This document shows, one piece after another, positions 39,985 through 40,430 of a DNA stretch of 40,430 bases. The position numbers and the translations under genes are program-made. The stretch is from a virus, in IMG/VR virus record IMGVR_UViG_3300025297_000002; one strand, written 5' to 3'. The notes under the pieces are model-generated. The model was given only the letters and a program-made list of their open reading frames with translations, ran no database searches and was not told the origin of the DNA. Every line of letters starts with the position of its first letter. Within the stretch, counting starts at the first letter, position 1.

Positions 39985-40430
39985 TTGAACATGCCGGCCG
40001 CTCCCGCACCGGCGGCCTTTCCCGCCTCGCGCTCCAGCGATTGCTGCATCATGAGCCGCGCGAGCTGCGCCCTCGTCGGCACCATCTGAAACGGCATTGC
40101 CGGTTGACGGGCGAGTGAGCCCGTCGAGATCAGCCGCACCAAGTCATCGCCCGCATCTTCCGACATCCGATCAGCGGCCATCCTGGCGGCTTTGCCGGCC
40201 CCGTAGAGCGCGCCCGAGCCGCCCAGGCCGACAAGTGCCGCCGTGGTCGGTTCTGCCCCGTGTAGGAGCGCGCCCAGGCCGCCAGCGCTGCCCAGGATGT
40301 TGCCCTGCACACCAGCCATAGGCCCCGAGCCGCCGAAGCGGTTGCCGAAGCTGCGCAGCATGTTTTGAACCGGCGAGCCCTCGACCACCCTTTCCATCTG
40401 CCCCAGCTCCTCGGGCGAGTAGGGATTGAA
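39981..40430 (-). CDS. C-terminal part of the 548-aa Gly-rich ejection protein whose start is at 1324 (wraps through the circular junction)
   Basis: In phase with 1..1324 once the 127-nt overlap is collapsed: (1324+323)/3 = 549 codons. The track ORF 39981..40397 is only the piece after an internal Met. Confidence 0.75.
   Translation of the reverse strand, partial: FNPYSPEELGQMERVVEGSPVQNMLRSFGNRFGGSGPMAGVQGNILGSAGGLGALLHGAEPTTAALVGLGGSGALYGAGKAARMAADRMSEDAGDDLVRLISTGSLARQPAMPFQMVPTRAQLARLMMQQSLEREAGKAAGAGAAGMFN
40304..40430. repeat. Terminal overlap copy 2, identical to 1..127
   Basis: Exact 127-nt match to the window start. Its position inside a CDS argues for assembly circularisation rather than physical genome ends. 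Confidence 0.95.

Larger units (their letters stand above)
1..40430. mobile_element. Complete circular genome of a temperate tailed phage / excised prophage (~40,303 bp unique), with P22/T7-like order of morphogenesis genes and a lambda-like immunity region
   Basis: terS, terL, portal, scaffold, capsid, tail, ejection proteins, fibres, lysis genes, integrase, CI/Cro pair and recombination module are all present. The window ends overlap by an exact 127 nt. Confidence 0.85.

Overview
The window is one complete, circularly closed genome of a high-GC temperate tailed phage or excised prophage. The unique length is about 40,303 bp, because nt 1-127 are an exact copy of nt 40304-40430. Nearly all of it is coding, and many neighbouring genes overlap by 1-4 nt (ATGA, TGATG or GTGA junctions).

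Minus strand, in transcription order:
- A Cro-like HTH gene (25394) opens an early operon. It holds a VRR-NUC nuclease, a Zn-ribbon/HTH protein, a DUF1376 replication-associated protein, about 20 small ORFs and a GH25 endolysin.
- A regulator cluster follows (two paralogous HTH proteins, a coiled-coil/winged-helix protein, a Zn-ribbon protein).
- Next is an ATG-free structured leader of about 225 nt that ends in an intrinsic terminator.
- The late operon then runs through micro-ORFs, terS, terL, a portal with proline-rich inserts, five tiny ORFs, scaffold, major capsid, adaptor and nozzle-like proteins, an embedded GNAT, and ejection proteins including a lytic transglycosylase.
- A 548-aa Gly-rich ejection protein is split by the window junction. 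After it come a 680-aa HExxH protein, a tail fibre, a LamG-like protein, a collagen-like fibre, and a lipoprotein / holin-like / spanin-like trio.
- An attP-like gap follows, then a tyrosine integrase with five co-oriented cargo genes, including a stand-alone MutS domain I and a YkgJ Cys-cluster protein.

Plus strand: a CI-like repressor, a terminator, then a YqaJ exonuclease, a Rad52-like annealing protein and an excisionase-like HTH.

I saw no tRNA, rRNA, CRISPR array, transposase, reverse transcriptase or phage polymerase.

The most unusual signals are:
- the structured leader plus terminator in front of the late genes;
- a promoter-equipped antisense 26-aa membrane-peptide mini-gene inside the late operon;
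- ATGA-chained micro-ORFs, one resembling a RiPP leader peptide;
- the orphan MutS mismatch-binding domain;
- enzyme domains (GNAT, HExxH) embedded among ejection proteins;
- the proline-rich insertions in the portal.

All functional calls come from motif recognition by eye and from gene order. No database search was possible.
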